From positions 1,390 through 65,389 of the forward strand of contig SHUG01000005.1 of the NCBI GenBank assembly GCA_009694735.1: DNA of 64,000 nt, written 5' to 3'. The first letter of the stretch is position 1; the number at the start of each line of letters is the position of its first letter. The notes under the pieces were generated by a model, which was given only the letters and a program-made list of their open reading frames with translations, searched no databases and was not told the DNA's origin. Origin of the DNA: Acidobacteriota bacterium (lineage in GTDB: Bacteria > Acidobacteriota > Vicinamibacteria > Vicinamibacterales > UBA2999). This document shows, piece after piece, positions 25,907-35,780 of this stretch. The translations under genes and the position numbers were made by a program.

Positions 25907-28783
25907 CTAGAAGCGGTACTTCACGCCCAGGCGGAACACGCGCGGCGCGATGATTTCCGTGGGCTGCAAGTATGTCGACCCGTTGCGATTGGTCTGGTCC
26001 GTGATCGTATTGGTATTCAGCGAGTTGAAGAGGTCGATGGTGCCTTCAATTGACTGGTTGCCGAACGTCTTGAACCGCTTCGAGAGGCGATTGTCCCAGA
26101 TCTTCGTCGACTCGTAGCGGCCGGCCCGTGACTCGACGCGAATCGCGATGTTGGTGTTGTTGGCATCGCGGATTTGCACTTCGCGGAAGTGCGGTTCGCC
26201 GCTCTGCGAGAGGAACGACGAGGCGAACATCAAGCCCCAGGGCAGCTGGTAGCTGCCGCTCACGCGTACCGCGTAGTTCCACGACGACCGTGCGAACTGG
26301 AAGTTCTGAACGCCGTAGTTGTTCGCCGTCGTAATTCCAGGTCCGTACAGCGCCTCGTTCGGGTTCCGCGGAGCGTTGTCGCGCAGGTCGCGGTAGTCAG
26401 CGTCGAACGACACCAGGAACGAGTAGTGGTTCGACAGCTGCTTGTTCAGCGTCGTCCCGAAGGCATGATAGCGATTGTTGCCCGTTGCCTGCACCCGGCG
26501 TTCGATGTTCTGGCCGAACGTCGGATAGGTGCTCGGCACTGAGTAGACGATCAGAGTTTTATCATCGGCGGTCCCCGTGAGGTTGTCGCGGCCGGGATCG
26601 ATGCCCGTTCGGGTCACAGTGTAGGCCTCGTACGGCAGCGCCAGGTTGACAGCCATGTTGCTGTTGCCGTCGATCTTCCGCACGTAGTTGAACTGCAGCG
26701 TCATCGCCCGGCTCAGGCCGAGGTCCAGTCCCGCTGTGTACTCGTCCACGAATGGTCCTTTGAGATCGGGATCGATCGAGCGGTTGGTGCCGCCGCCAGC
26801 GGTCGAGGTGAGGTTGGCCGCTACTGGGACGAACGGGATGCGACCGTCCCAGTTCGAGTACGTGCGGGTGATGATCGCGTTGGAGTTGACATCGGCGCCA
26901 CCAGGTCCAGGGTTCGCCGAGGCGCCAGAGCTGCCGCCGACGTAGCGGCCGTAGCTGGCGCGTAGCGCGACCCGCCCCTCGCCGGTCAGGTCGTAGACCG
27001 CAGAGACGCGCGGCACCAGCGTCTGGTAGATCGGGAAGTTACCTTCACCCTTGTATTCAAAGATGTTCTTCGTGGCAAAGGGGCCGGTGCCGGGGTTGCC
27101 CTGCTCGGGCAGGAAGCTCGAATAGCGATCGAAGCGCACGCCGACATTGAGCGTCAGCTTGCGGCTCATCGTGATCTTGTCGTTGATGTAGGCCGAGTTA
27201 TACCACTCGCCAGATGCGGTGGTGTTCGGGTAGTCGTAGACCAGCACCGAATCAGGCCGCGTGAAGCAGCCGTCGTAGTTCTGAGCCTCGTTGCATCCCG
27301 CGTCGCCGGTCAGGCTGCGATAACGATACTGCTGCTGGTTCGGGTAGCCGATGTTCTCGGTCGACTGGATGTTGCGCCAACCGAGATAGCCCGACTTCAA
27401 CTCGTGGTTGCGGCCCCAGAAATTGGCGAAGTACGCGAAGGTGGCGCCGTACTGCCAGCGCCGCGGCGTGCGGTCGACCTCGAGAAACGCGCCGCGCACG
27501 GCCGTGGTGGCCAGGTCGCTCTTCCGCACCTCCGTCGTCCATGGCACGTCGGGCCACCAGTAGCCGCCGCGCTGCAGGCTGGCGTCGAAGGTTGCGCGCG
27601 ACGACAGGATCGACAGGTATTTGAACGACGGCCCGACCAGCGACCACGAGTCCTGGTTCTGCGTCGATTCGAGTGGCACAAAGCGGCTTGCCGTGCGGTA
27701 CGGCTGCCACTTGCGGCCGACCTGGAACATGCCCTCGAACTTGTTGTTCTTGGTCATCTGGTAGGTGAACTTGCCGGTGGGATCCTGCAGCTTGGTGTAG
27801 AACTCCACCTGCTGACGGTCGGCCAGGCTGATGAAGCCCGGAATGAGGTTGCCCGACGAAGCGTCGCGATGGCTGGCGTAGAACCAGAGGCGATCCTTCA
27901 GGATCGGTCCGCCGATCTCGCCGTAGAAGTCCTTGTAGCTAGTGAACTTGTTGACGCCGGGCGCGTAGCCTTTGGCGAGCAATTCCGGCGTGATGTTCTT
28001 GCCCTGGAAGTCACCCGACTGGTAATTCGCCGAGCCCAATCCCTTGAACGTGTTGCTACCCGACTTGAGCACGAGGTTCATCGTCAGGCCGGGGTTCATG
28101 GCATCCGCGCCCTTGGCCGCCGTCGTAATCTGCGCTTCCTCGTACGTGCCAAAGTCGCCGTAGGTCTGGTCCCAGATCATGCCGTCGTAGCTGACCACAC
28201 CGCCGCCGGCGCGGCCGAAGGTGCGCGCGGTCGGGCCCGAACCGGTGCCGAAGTTCGAACCGCCAACGTCGAACGACGTCGCGTAAAGACCGGGGATCAT
28301 CGAGACCAGCGCGGTCAGGCTGCGGCTGGAGGGCAGGTCGTCAAGCTTCTGCTGATCCCAGTTGACGGCGACGCTCGCCGACTCAAGGTCAATCGTCGGC
28401 GACTGGCTGGTCACCGTGATGCTCTCCTGCAAGGCTGCCACTTCCATCTTGCCGTTAATCGTCGCCGTGGCACCGGCGTTGAGGTTCACGCCCTCGATGT
28501 TCAGCGTCGCAAAGCCCGGCAGCACGAACGAGACCTTGTACTGACCGCCAGAGAGCAGCGTGAACCGGTATACGCCTTGTTCATCGGTGACCGCGGTGCG
28601 GGCACCGCCGATCATGTTGGGGCTGGTGATCGACACCGTGACGCCGGGCAGGGCGCCGCCGCTGGTGTCGCTGGCCCGTCCAGTAATGGCACCCGTTTGC
28701 TGCTGCGCCTCAGCCGAACTCCCCAGCGCCACAGCCAGCGCCAGCGAAGTCAGCCACACTACACTCCAAGACTTCCAATTCAT
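25907..28783 (-). CDS. TonB-dependent receptor (large, carboxypeptidase-regulatory-like N-terminus)
   Basis: 958 aa. AAGGAG Shine-Dalgarno sequence and signal peptide. GAITGRASDTSGGALPGVTVSI. C-terminal ...LGVKYRF. Confidence 0.9.
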   Translation of the reverse strand: MNWKSWSVVWLTSLALAVALGSSAEAQQQTGAITGRASDTSGGALPGVTVSITSPNMIGGARTAVTDEQGVYRFTLLSGGQYKVSFVLPGFATLNIEGVNLNAGATATINGKMEVAALQESITVTSQSPTIDLESASVAVNWDQQKLDDLPSSRSLTALVSMIPGLYATSFDVGGSNFGTGSGPTARTFGRAGGGVVSYDGMIWDQTYGDFGTYEEAQITTAAKGADAMNPGLTMNLVLKSGSNTFKGLGSANYQSGDFQGKNITPELLAKGYAPGVNKFTSYKDFYGEIGGPILKDRLWFYASHRDASSGNLIPGFISLADRQQVEFYTKLQDPTGKFTYQMTKNNKFEGMFQVGRKWQPYRTASRFVPLESTQNQDSWSLVGPSFKYLSILSSRATFDASLQRGGYWWPDVPWTTEVRKSDLATTAVRGAFLEVDRTPRRWQYGATFAYFANFWGRNHELKSGYLGWRNIQSTENIGYPNQQQYRYRSLTGDAGCNEAQNYDGCFTRPDSVLVYDYPNTTASGEWYNSAYINDKITMSRKLTLNVGVRFDRYSSFLPEQGNPGTGPFATKNIFEYKGEGNFPIYQTLVPRVSAVYDLTGEGRVALRASYGRYVGGSSGASANPGPGGADVNSNAIITRTYSNWDGRIPFVPVAANLTSTAGGGTNRSIDPDLKGPFVDEYTAGLDLGLSRAMTLQFNYVRKIDGNSNMAVNLALPYEAYTVTRTGIDPGRDNLTGTADDKTLIVYSVPSTYPTFGQNIERRVQATGNNRYHAFGTTLNKQLSNHYSFLVSFDADYRDLRDNAPRNPNEALYGPGITTANNYGVQNFQFARSSWNYAVRVSGSYQLPWGLMFASSFLSQSGEPHFREVQIRDANNTNIAIRVESRAGRYESTKIWDNRLSKRFKTFGNQSIEGTIDLFNSLNTNTITDQTNRNGSTYLQPTEIIAPRVFRLGVKYRF

Positions 28784-28931
28784 ACCCGGCTCCTTGTCGC
28801 GGCATCACCCCTGGAACTGAGGGGACGGTCCCAAAGATGGACACGATACCGGGAACTTATAGCACCGATGGCTCCCGGGCGTTCAGGGTGTTGCCCGTCC
28901 CGCCGAAGAGACAGTCGCCTATAATCAACCG

Positions 28932-30308
28932 ATGCGTCGAGCGACCAGCCTCCTCCTGTTTCTATCCGTCGTCCTCATCGCTTCGCCGTCGGCCCAGGGC
29001 CCCCCGGCCTGGCTCGATCCCTACCGCGAGAATGCCGACAAGCTGATCAAGGCGGCGACCGCCGATCGGTTCGCGTGGGACCGCGTCGCCGAACTCACCG
29101 ACACCTACGGCCAGCGGATCAGCGGCTCCGACAACCTGAATCGCGCCATCGCCTGGGCCGTCGAGACGATGAAGAAGGATGGGCTCGAGAACGTGCACAC
29201 CGAGCGCGTGATGGTGCCGAAGTGGGTGCGTGGCGCCGAGAGCCTGGAGATCACCAATCCGCCCCACCACGTCGTCCCCCTCTTGGGATTGGGCGGTAGC
29301 GTCGCAACGCCACCGGCGGGCATCGAGGCCGAGGTGATGGTGGTGGCGAGTGGCGATGCGCTCACCAGGCGCGCCGCGGAAGCCAAGGGCAAGATCGTGT
29401 TGTTCAACGTGCCGTACACGAATTACGGCGAGACCGTGGCCTATCGATCCGGCGGCGCCCGCATGGCGGCCCAGTACGGGGCCGTGGCGGCGCTGGTGCG
29501 AGCCGTGGGTCCCGTTGGCCTGCGCACGCCGCACACCGGCGGCATGAACTACGGCGACGACACCGTTGGCAAGATTCCGACCGCCGCCATTCCCGTGGAA
29601 GATTCCTTGCGTATTCAGCGACTCACCAATCGTGGCATCAAGGTGCGCTTGCGCCTCAAGATGGAAGCGCACTTCGACGCCGACGTCGAGTCGTTCAACG
29701 TCGTCGGCGAAATCCGCGGCAGCGAGAAGCCAGAAGAGATTGTTTTGGTCGGCGGCCACTTCGATTCGTGGGACACCGGCGCCGGCGCGTCCGACGATGG
29801 CGTGGGGTGCGTGGTGACGTGGGAAGCGGCGCGGCTGATGAAGACGCTGAACATCCGTCCCAAACGCACCGTGCGCGTGGTCCTGTTCACCAACGAAGAG
29901 AACGGCACGAGGGGCGGCAACGGCTATCGCGATCAGCACGCCAACGAAGCGGCGAACCACGTGATGGCGTTTGAATCCGACTCCGGCGTGTTCGCGCCGG
30001 CGCGTCTTGGCTTCTCAGGCTCCGACGCCGCGCGCCGGATCATCGCCGAGATCAGCACGCTGCTGACGCCGCTCGGCCTGCAGGACGTGGGCACCGGCGG
30101 TGGCGGCGCCGACATCGGCCCGATCGCCACGCTCGGCAAGGTGCCGATGATGGCCTACTCGGGCGACGCGACCAAGTACTTCACCATTCACCACACCCCG
30201 GCCGACACGGTGGATCGCATCGAGCCCGCGGAGGTGTCAAAGGCCGCCGCCGCGATCGCGGCGATGATCTACGTGGTCGCCGACATGCCGCAGGGCTTAC
30301 CCAAATGA
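28932..30308 (+). CDS. M28-family peptidase with PA domain, secreted
   Basis: 458 aa. GGHFDSWDTGAGASDDGVG and TNEENG metal-ligand motifs. Confidence 0.85.
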   Translation: MRRATSLLLFLSVVLIASPSAQGPPAWLDPYRENADKLIKAATADRFAWDRVAELTDTYGQRISGSDNLNRAIAWAVETMKKDGLENVHTERVMVPKWVRGAESLEITNPPHHVVPLLGLGGSVATPPAGIEAEVMVVASGDALTRRAAEAKGKIVLFNVPYTNYGETVAYRSGGARMAAQYGAVAALVRAVGPVGLRTPHTGGMNYGDDTVGKIPTAAIPVEDSLRIQRLTNRGIKVRLRLKMEAHFDADVESFNVVGEIRGSEKPEEIVLVGGHFDSWDTGAGASDDGVGCVVTWEAARLMKTLNIRPKRTVRVVLFTNEENGTRGGNGYRDQHANEAANHVMAFESDSGVFAPARLGFSGSDAARRIIAEISTLLTPLGLQDVGTGGGGADIGPIATLGKVPMMAYSGDATKYFTIHHTPADTVDRIEPAEVSKAAAAIAAMIYVVADMPQGLPK

Positions 30309-30682
30309 TCGCGCACCTGCTCGCAACGATCGCCGTGTTCGCGTTGACAACCCAGCCCGCACCCACTGCCTCGGACGCGTCGGCGGTCGTGGCGGGAGCC
30401 ACCGCGTCTGTCTACCTGGTGATCAACAACCCGACGATGTACGACATCTACGTGACGTCGGCGACGAGCGAGGTCGCGGCGAAAGTGGAGCTGTGTTCAG
30501 CAGACAAGGCGATCGACTACCTGACCGTGGCGTCGTACGGATCGTTGGAGTTGAAAGCCGGCGGAATGTTTCTACGCCTCTCGGGCATGAAGCGCGAACT
30601 GCACGCGGGCGAGTCGATCACCGTCACGATGATGACCGACGGCGGTGTCACGATCGTGGCCACCGCCGTCGTCAAATCTTAA
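30305..30682 (+). CDS. PCu(A)C/DUF461-like small protein with degenerate copper ligands
   Basis: 125 aa. ATGA overlap with the M28 gene. The layout YLVINNP...VEL..., GGMFLRLSGMKRELHAGESITVTM mirrors the PCuAC pattern, but the His/Met ligands are mostly replaced. Confidence 0.45.
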   Translation: MIAHLLATIAVFALTTQPAPTASDASAVVAGATASVYLVINNPTMYDIYVTSATSEVAAKVELCSADKAIDYLTVASYGSLELKAGGMFLRLSGMKRELHAGESITVTMMTDGGVTIVATAVVKS

Positions 30683-30727
30683 CCTTTCTTGATACTCGAT
30701 CTGCCGCACCGGAGGTATATTCCACCC

Positions 30728-32800
30728 ATGACGAAATACCTCCTTGGCCTCACTCTGGTCCTGGCTGGGTCGGCGTCGCTGACACCTGCCGCGCAGGGCC
30801 GCCGCGCGCTGGTGCTGGACGACCATTCCAGGATTGTGGGCGTCGGCGATCCCCAGCGATCGCCCGATGGCGTGTGGGTGGCCTACACCGTGACGACCAT
30901 CGATGCCGAGAAGGACAAGCGCAACACCGACGTCTGGATGATCAAGTGGGATGGCAGCGAGCAGCTGCAGCTCACCTCGTCGCCCGACCACGAATCGTCA
31001 CCGCGTTGGAGTCCAGACAATAAGTACCTCGCCTTTGTGGCTTCGCGCGGCACCGAGGACGAGAAGAAAAAGGGCGGGCAGATTTGGCTGCTCAGCCGGG
31101 CCGGCGGCGAAGCGCTGCGCGTCAGCGATGTCAAGGGCGGCATCGCCGACATCCAGTGGTCGCCCGACAGCACCCGCATCGCCTTTGTCGCCGACGATCA
31201 GGATCCCGCGGACGAGCCCGAGAAGATGGACGGCTGGAAGCGCAAGACGGCGCCGCCGATCGTCATCGATCGCTATCACTTCAAGGAAGATCGCACCGGC
31301 TATCTCAAGGATCTCTACCGCCACATTGCCGTGTTCGATCTCGCCAGCAAGACGGCGACGGTGATTACCAAGGGCAACACCGACGATGCGAGCCCGTCGT
31401 GGTCGCCGGATGGGAAGCAGATCGCCTTTCTCAGCAAGCGTGGCAACGCCAATCCCGATCGCACGTCGAATGAAGACGTGTGGGTCGTCGATGCCACGCC
31501 CTTCGGCACGCCGAAACAGCTCACCAGCACGCCGGAAGGGGAGGGCGGCCGCCCCGCCTGGAACCCGGATGGCAGCCGCATCGCGGTGCTGGCCGGCGAC
31601 AACGATCAGAACACCGCGTACGGCATGAACAAGCTGGTGGTGGTGCCGTCGAACCCGCCCGCCTCGGCAGGTCCGGCCACCAAGCCGCCCGTCTACATGC
31701 CGTCGCTCGATCGCGCCGTCTCGAACATCGCCTGGTCGGCGGACGGCCAGCACATCTCGTTCCTGCTGCAGGACGACCGCACCAATCACGTCGCCACCGT
31801 GCCGGCCGAGAATCCCAACGGCGCGGTGCAGCGCAAGTCCACCGGCCGCCGCGTGATCAGTGCGCTCAGTCCTGGCCAGGACGGCAACTTCGCCGTGCTG
31901 TCGACGGCGCCGACGCAGTTCACCGAGGTGTATGCACTCGAAGGCTCGAACCTCCGCCAGTTAACGAAGCACAACGATGCGCTGGCCGGCGAATTGCAGC
32001 TGGCGACCACCGAAGATTTTCAGTCGAAGAGCAAGGACGGCACCGACGTGCACGGGCTGATCGTGAAGCCGGCCGGCTTCAAGGCCGGCACGAAGTATCC
32101 GACGCTGCTGATCGTTCACGGCGGACCGAACGGGCAAGACCAGCACGCGTTCAACTTCGATCGCGAATTCCTCGCCGCCAACGGCTACGTCGTCCTTGCC
32201 ATCAACTACCGCGGCAGCGCCGGACGCGGCAACGCGTGGCAGAAGGCGATCCACGGCGACTGGGGCAATCTTGAAGTGGCCGACTTGCTGGGTGCGGCAG
32301 ACGAGGCCGTGAAGCAGGGGATTGCCGATCCGAATCGCCTCGGCATCGGCGGCTGGAGCTACGGCGGCATTTCCACGAACTACACGATCGCCACCGACAC
32401 CCGTTTCAAGGCGGCGATCAGCGGCGCCGGCAGTGCCATGCAGTTCACGATGTACGGCCTCGATCAATACATCATCCAGTACGACCAGGAGATGGGGCAG
32501 CCGTGGAAGGCGAAGGACAAGTGGCTGAAGGTGTCCTACCCGTTCTTCAACGCCGACAAGATCAAGACGCCCACCCTCTTCATGGGCGGCGAGAAAGACT
32601 TCAACGTGCCGATTGCTGGCGGTGAGCAGATGTACCAGGCCCTGAAGAGCCTGGGCGTCGACACCCAACTGGTGATTTATCCCGGCCAGTTCCACGGCCT
32701 GACGATGCCGAGCTACGAGCGAGACCGATTGCAGCGCTACCTGAACTGGTTCAACAAGTACTTGCAGCCGGCGGTGGCCTCAACGTCCCAGGCTAAGTAG
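30728..32800 (+). CDS. S9-family serine peptidase (prolyl oligopeptidase/acylaminoacyl peptidase type) with N-terminal beta-propeller
   Basis: SPDG repeats followed by an alpha/beta hydrolase with GGWSYGG nucleophile elbow. Start ATG 30728 (signal peptide MTKYLLGLTL). Confidence 0.9.
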   Translation: MTKYLLGLTLVLAGSASLTPAAQGRRALVLDDHSRIVGVGDPQRSPDGVWVAYTVTTIDAEKDKRNTDVWMIKWDGSEQLQLTSSPDHESSPRWSPDNKYLAFVASRGTEDEKKKGGQIWLLSRAGGEALRVSDVKGGIADIQWSPDSTRIAFVADDQDPADEPEKMDGWKRKTAPPIVIDRYHFKEDRTGYLKDLYRHIAVFDLASKTATVITKGNTDDASPSWSPDGKQIAFLSKRGNANPDRTSNEDVWVVDATPFGTPKQLTSTPEGEGGRPAWNPDGSRIAVLAGDNDQNTAYGMNKLVVVPSNPPASAGPATKPPVYMPSLDRAVSNIAWSADGQHISFLLQDDRTNHVATVPAENPNGAVQRKSTGRRVISALSPGQDGNFAVLSTAPTQFTEVYALEGSNLRQLTKHNDALAGELQLATTEDFQSKSKDGTDVHGLIVKPAGFKAGTKYPTLLIVHGGPNGQDQHAFNFDREFLAANGYVVLAINYRGSAGRGNAWQKAIHGDWGNLEVADLLGAADEAVKQGIADPNRLGIGGWSYGGISTNYTIATDTRFKAAISGAGSAMQFTMYGLDQYIIQYDQEMGQPWKAKDKWLKVSYPFFNADKIKTPTLFMGGEKDFNVPIAGGEQMYQALKSLGVDTQLVIYPGQFHGLTMPSYERDRLQRYLNWFNKYLQPAVASTSQAK

Positions 32801-32805
32801 GGCGG

Positions 32806-35160
32806 TCAGGCGCCTGCTCCCGCGGTCCGGCGTGGCCGGCCGGAGTTGCGAGAGCGGCGACCTGCCTTGTCGCGGTACATCCGTTCGTCAGCCACCATCA
32901 GCAGCTCATTGAAGGTGCGTCCATCATCGGGAAAGCGGGCGCAGCCGGCGCTGATCGACAGCCCGACCCGCACACCCGGCCGCGGCTCGAAGGGATACGC
33001 GCCGACCGCGCTCTGGATGTCGGCCACCCGCTGGGCCTCGTGTTCCGGGTTACAGCCCCACAACACGACCATGAACTCGTCGCCGGCAAAGCGCGCGCAC
33101 AGGTCGCTCTGGCGGACCGTGGATCGCAGCACCGTGCCGATCGCACGCAGCGCCCGATCGCCCGCTTCGTGCCCGTAGGTGTCGTTGATCTCCTTGAGAC
33201 GATCGAGGTCGAGGACGATCACGCTGGCGCTCGTCTCGGTCCCGGCCGCGCGGGTCAGCCCGGCCTCAAACTGCTGATCGAACGAACGTCGGTTGGGCAG
33301 GGCCGTCAGCGCGTCGGTGTGCGATTCGTGCTGCGTCTGCTCGTACCGCGTTGAGTTGTAGATCACGGCCGCGGCCTGCTCACTGACCCGGCCGAGCACG
33401 CGCCGGTGCTCGTCGGTGAAGGAGCCCACGATCGTGTGATAGATCACCAGGCCGCCGATGCGCTGCCCGTCGATGATCAGTGGACACGCCAGCAGCGCCG
33501 CCAGGTCTTCACCGCGACCGGCACGGCCGTCGGCGCAGGCGGGGAGCTGCGCCGAGAGATCGCTCCACGACTTGGGCGCCCACGCGAACAGGGCCTCGGT
33601 GCCGGGACCGTGTGCATGGCGGCAGCCGTAGCCGTCGGTGTCGTTGCCCAGGAACAGCGCGCAGGTCTCGAACGGCACCAGCCGGCTCACCTTGTCGTGA
33701 ATCAGTACCATCGCGTCCTCGACGCCCAGGCTCGAGCCGAGGGCTTGCGCGATCTCGTACAACGTCTGCTCCTCGCGGTGGGTGCCGCTGATGTCCTGGA
33801 GCACCCCCTGGTGTGCCGGCGCCTCGACGGGCAGGGGCGCCGACAAATGCAACCGCTCGATCAACAGGTCGACCAGCGCCGGGTCGAATGCCGTGCCTGC
33901 GTGCTCTCGCAATACGGCGAGCGACGCAACTGCCGTGCGCGCCGGCCGGTACGGCCGCTCGGTCTGCAGTGTGCTGTAGCAATCCGCAATCGCGAGAATG
34001 CGCGCGCCCACTGGAATGGCCTCGCCGCGCAGCCCGTTTGGATAGCCCAGGCCGTCCCACCGTTCGTGATGGCACAGCACCAGTTCAGCGACCGGCGCGC
34101 CGAACGGCACGTTCCGCAGGATTTCGGCACCCGCGCGCGGGTGAACCTTGACGCGCTCGAACTCCTCGGGCGTCAGCGCTTCAGGTTTCGCGAGGATGTG
34201 TTCGGGGACGGCCATGTTGCCCACGTCGTGCAGCAGGGCGGCGGTGCGTACCGCCCGCACCTCGTTTTCGGAGAGGCCCAAGGCTTCGGCCAGCGTCGCC
34301 GCGTACAGCTGGATCGACCGGATATGCTCCGGTGTGCAGCCGGCCTTCGCCTCGATGGCGAGCGCCAGCGCCTCGATGGTGGCCAGTTGCACCTCCATCG
34401 CCCGGCGCGTTTCGCCTTGTTCCTCGCGGAGTCGAGCGACCACCGTGTGATAGCTCCGAAACACCAGGTACAGGGGCGCCGCCAGTAGCGCCAGCCAGAC
34501 GAACAGTCCCTGTTGCCATGCCATCGTCGCGGCCGCAGCCAGCGCCGCGCCGGCCAGGTAGCTCGGCGCGCTCCACAGGAAGTTGCGATGCCAGATGCGC
34601 GCCACGGGCTGACGCGTCGAGAGCGCGATCGCGCCGGCGACCAGTGCGGTGTTGACGAAGAAATACAGCGGCGCCACGATGGCGGCCGCCCGTACCAGCG
34701 CCGCCAGGCTCGAAGGGTCCGCGCCCATCACCACGCCCAACGGCAGGCCGGCCACCCACACCGTGGTCGTCAGCGACGCGATGCTGAACACCACTTGGTG
34801 TGTCGGGTTGCGTTCGCGGGTCCTCAGGGTGCACTGGGCCCACGCGCTGAGCGCCGGGATGAACACCGTTGGCGCCGGCCCGAGCACGAACAGTGCCCAG
34901 AAGTTCACCGCATGCGACAACGAGAGGTTCGAGCGGCTGCGGCCGAGCGGCAACTCGATCTTCGCCGTCGAGGTCGCAACGGCGAGGGCCAGTAACATGA
35001 GGGTCAGGCCCGGATTCTGCGGCGGTAACCCTCGCGCGGAGTCGATCAGGCACAGAGCGCCCGCCACCACCACCGCGACGACGTAGGCGCGAGCCGGGAT
35101 CGGTAGGGCCACGAAGGTCGACCGATCCGACTTCCGCCGGCCTGGCAGGCTGGTGCTCAT
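32806..35160 (-). CDS. membrane signalling protein: polytopic N-terminus, HD-GYP, GAF, degenerate GGDEF
   Basis: HDVGNMAVPE and HHERWDGLGYPNGL (HD-GYP). C-terminal diguanylate-cyclase fold with AGDEF in place of GGDEF. Confidence 0.85.
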   Translation of the reverse strand: MSTSLPGRRKSDRSTFVALPIPARAYVVAVVVAGALCLIDSARGLPPQNPGLTLMLLALAVATSTAKIELPLGRSRSNLSLSHAVNFWALFVLGPAPTVFIPALSAWAQCTLRTRERNPTHQVVFSIASLTTTVWVAGLPLGVVMGADPSSLAALVRAAAIVAPLYFFVNTALVAGAIALSTRQPVARIWHRNFLWSAPSYLAGAALAAAATMAWQQGLFVWLALLAAPLYLVFRSYHTVVARLREEQGETRRAMEVQLATIEALALAIEAKAGCTPEHIRSIQLYAATLAEALGLSENEVRAVRTAALLHDVGNMAVPEHILAKPEALTPEEFERVKVHPRAGAEILRNVPFGAPVAELVLCHHERWDGLGYPNGLRGEAIPVGARILAIADCYSTLQTERPYRPARTAVASLAVLREHAGTAFDPALVDLLIERLHLSAPLPVEAPAHQGVLQDISGTHREEQTLYEIAQALGSSLGVEDAMVLIHDKVSRLVPFETCALFLGNDTDGYGCRHAHGPGTEALFAWAPKSWSDLSAQLPACADGRAGRGEDLAALLACPLIIDGQRIGGLVIYHTIVGSFTDEHRRVLGRVSEQAAAVIYNSTRYEQTQHESHTDALTALPNRRSFDQQFEAGLTRAAGTETSASVIVLDLDRLKEINDTYGHEAGDRALRAIGTVLRSTVRQSDLCARFAGDEFMVVLWGCNPEHEAQRVADIQSAVGAYPFEPRPGVRVGLSISAGCARFPDDGRTFNELLMVADERMYRDKAGRRSRNSGRPRRTAGAGA

Positions 35161-35535
35161 GAGCGGTCAGGCCACCCACAGGCGATGTCGTTGCCGGAAA
35201 AACAAAAAACGACATTAGAAAACTTTAACGACACATAGTGACGCTGTGCATCTTGTATGCCGCCACCTCGGCTGCTTTGTGATTCATGCGTGTTGTAAGG
35301 CCATTTGTTGCATATTTGTCCGACTTGAGAACCTGGAACTGAAACGGTTTTAGGTCCGGCTTTTGTTCTGTAATAGCACAAATGCTTACGAAGCTGACGT
35401 GAGGCCCGGCGCCGCGCTGAACGGTAGATTCGAGAAGGCGCAGCTGTCGGTGGCCTGGTGACGTGGAACATCATCGAAGAAGGGCTGGCGGCTGGACAGA
35501 CCGACCCGATCTACTAGGGGTCACGAACACGACCG

Positions 35536-35780
35536 CTATTCGCGTGAAGTAGCGTCCAGGCGGCGCTGCAGCCCCGCTGCGATTCGCCCGCCGATCGCGC
35601 CCTGGACACGGGAGCGCACATCATCCGGGCCTGCGGCGGTGGGAAGGTCCGCGTCGTTCGCGACTTCAAACACCCAGGTCCACTCGCGGCTGCCGTCACG
35701 TGTTCGCACCAGTTTCACCGTGACTCGCCATCCCGCCGGCAATTGCTGCAGCGTACCGGCCAGCAGCGCGTCGGCGCCGC
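35536..35780 (-). pseudogene. 3' fragment of a gene encoding a TolB-N/CsgG-like module (ALLAGTL...WRVTVKL...W...F)
   Basis: Only the last 80 or so codons look protein-like. Upstream, the frame is antisense to the neighbouring fragment and Arg/Gly-rich nonsense. No start or N-terminal domain. Confidence 0.4.

Noticed and set aside
27404-28924. Long antisense ORFs (506 aa here; also 45524-47554, 8698-9669, 33406-34488, 56007-57347 and many others)
   Set aside because: They are Arg/Ala/Gly/Pro-rich translations opposite strongly supported genes, typical of high-GC shadow frames. They have no recognisable motifs.
35161-35535. c-di-GMP riboswitch (GEMM) or a tRNA/small RNA gene in the long AT-rich spacer; also the 105-aa ORF 35157-35474
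   Set aside because: I could not find GEMM-I/II conserved cores or a cloverleaf by eye. The ORF has atypical composition and no ribosome-binding site. It is kept only as a region worth a covariance-model scan.
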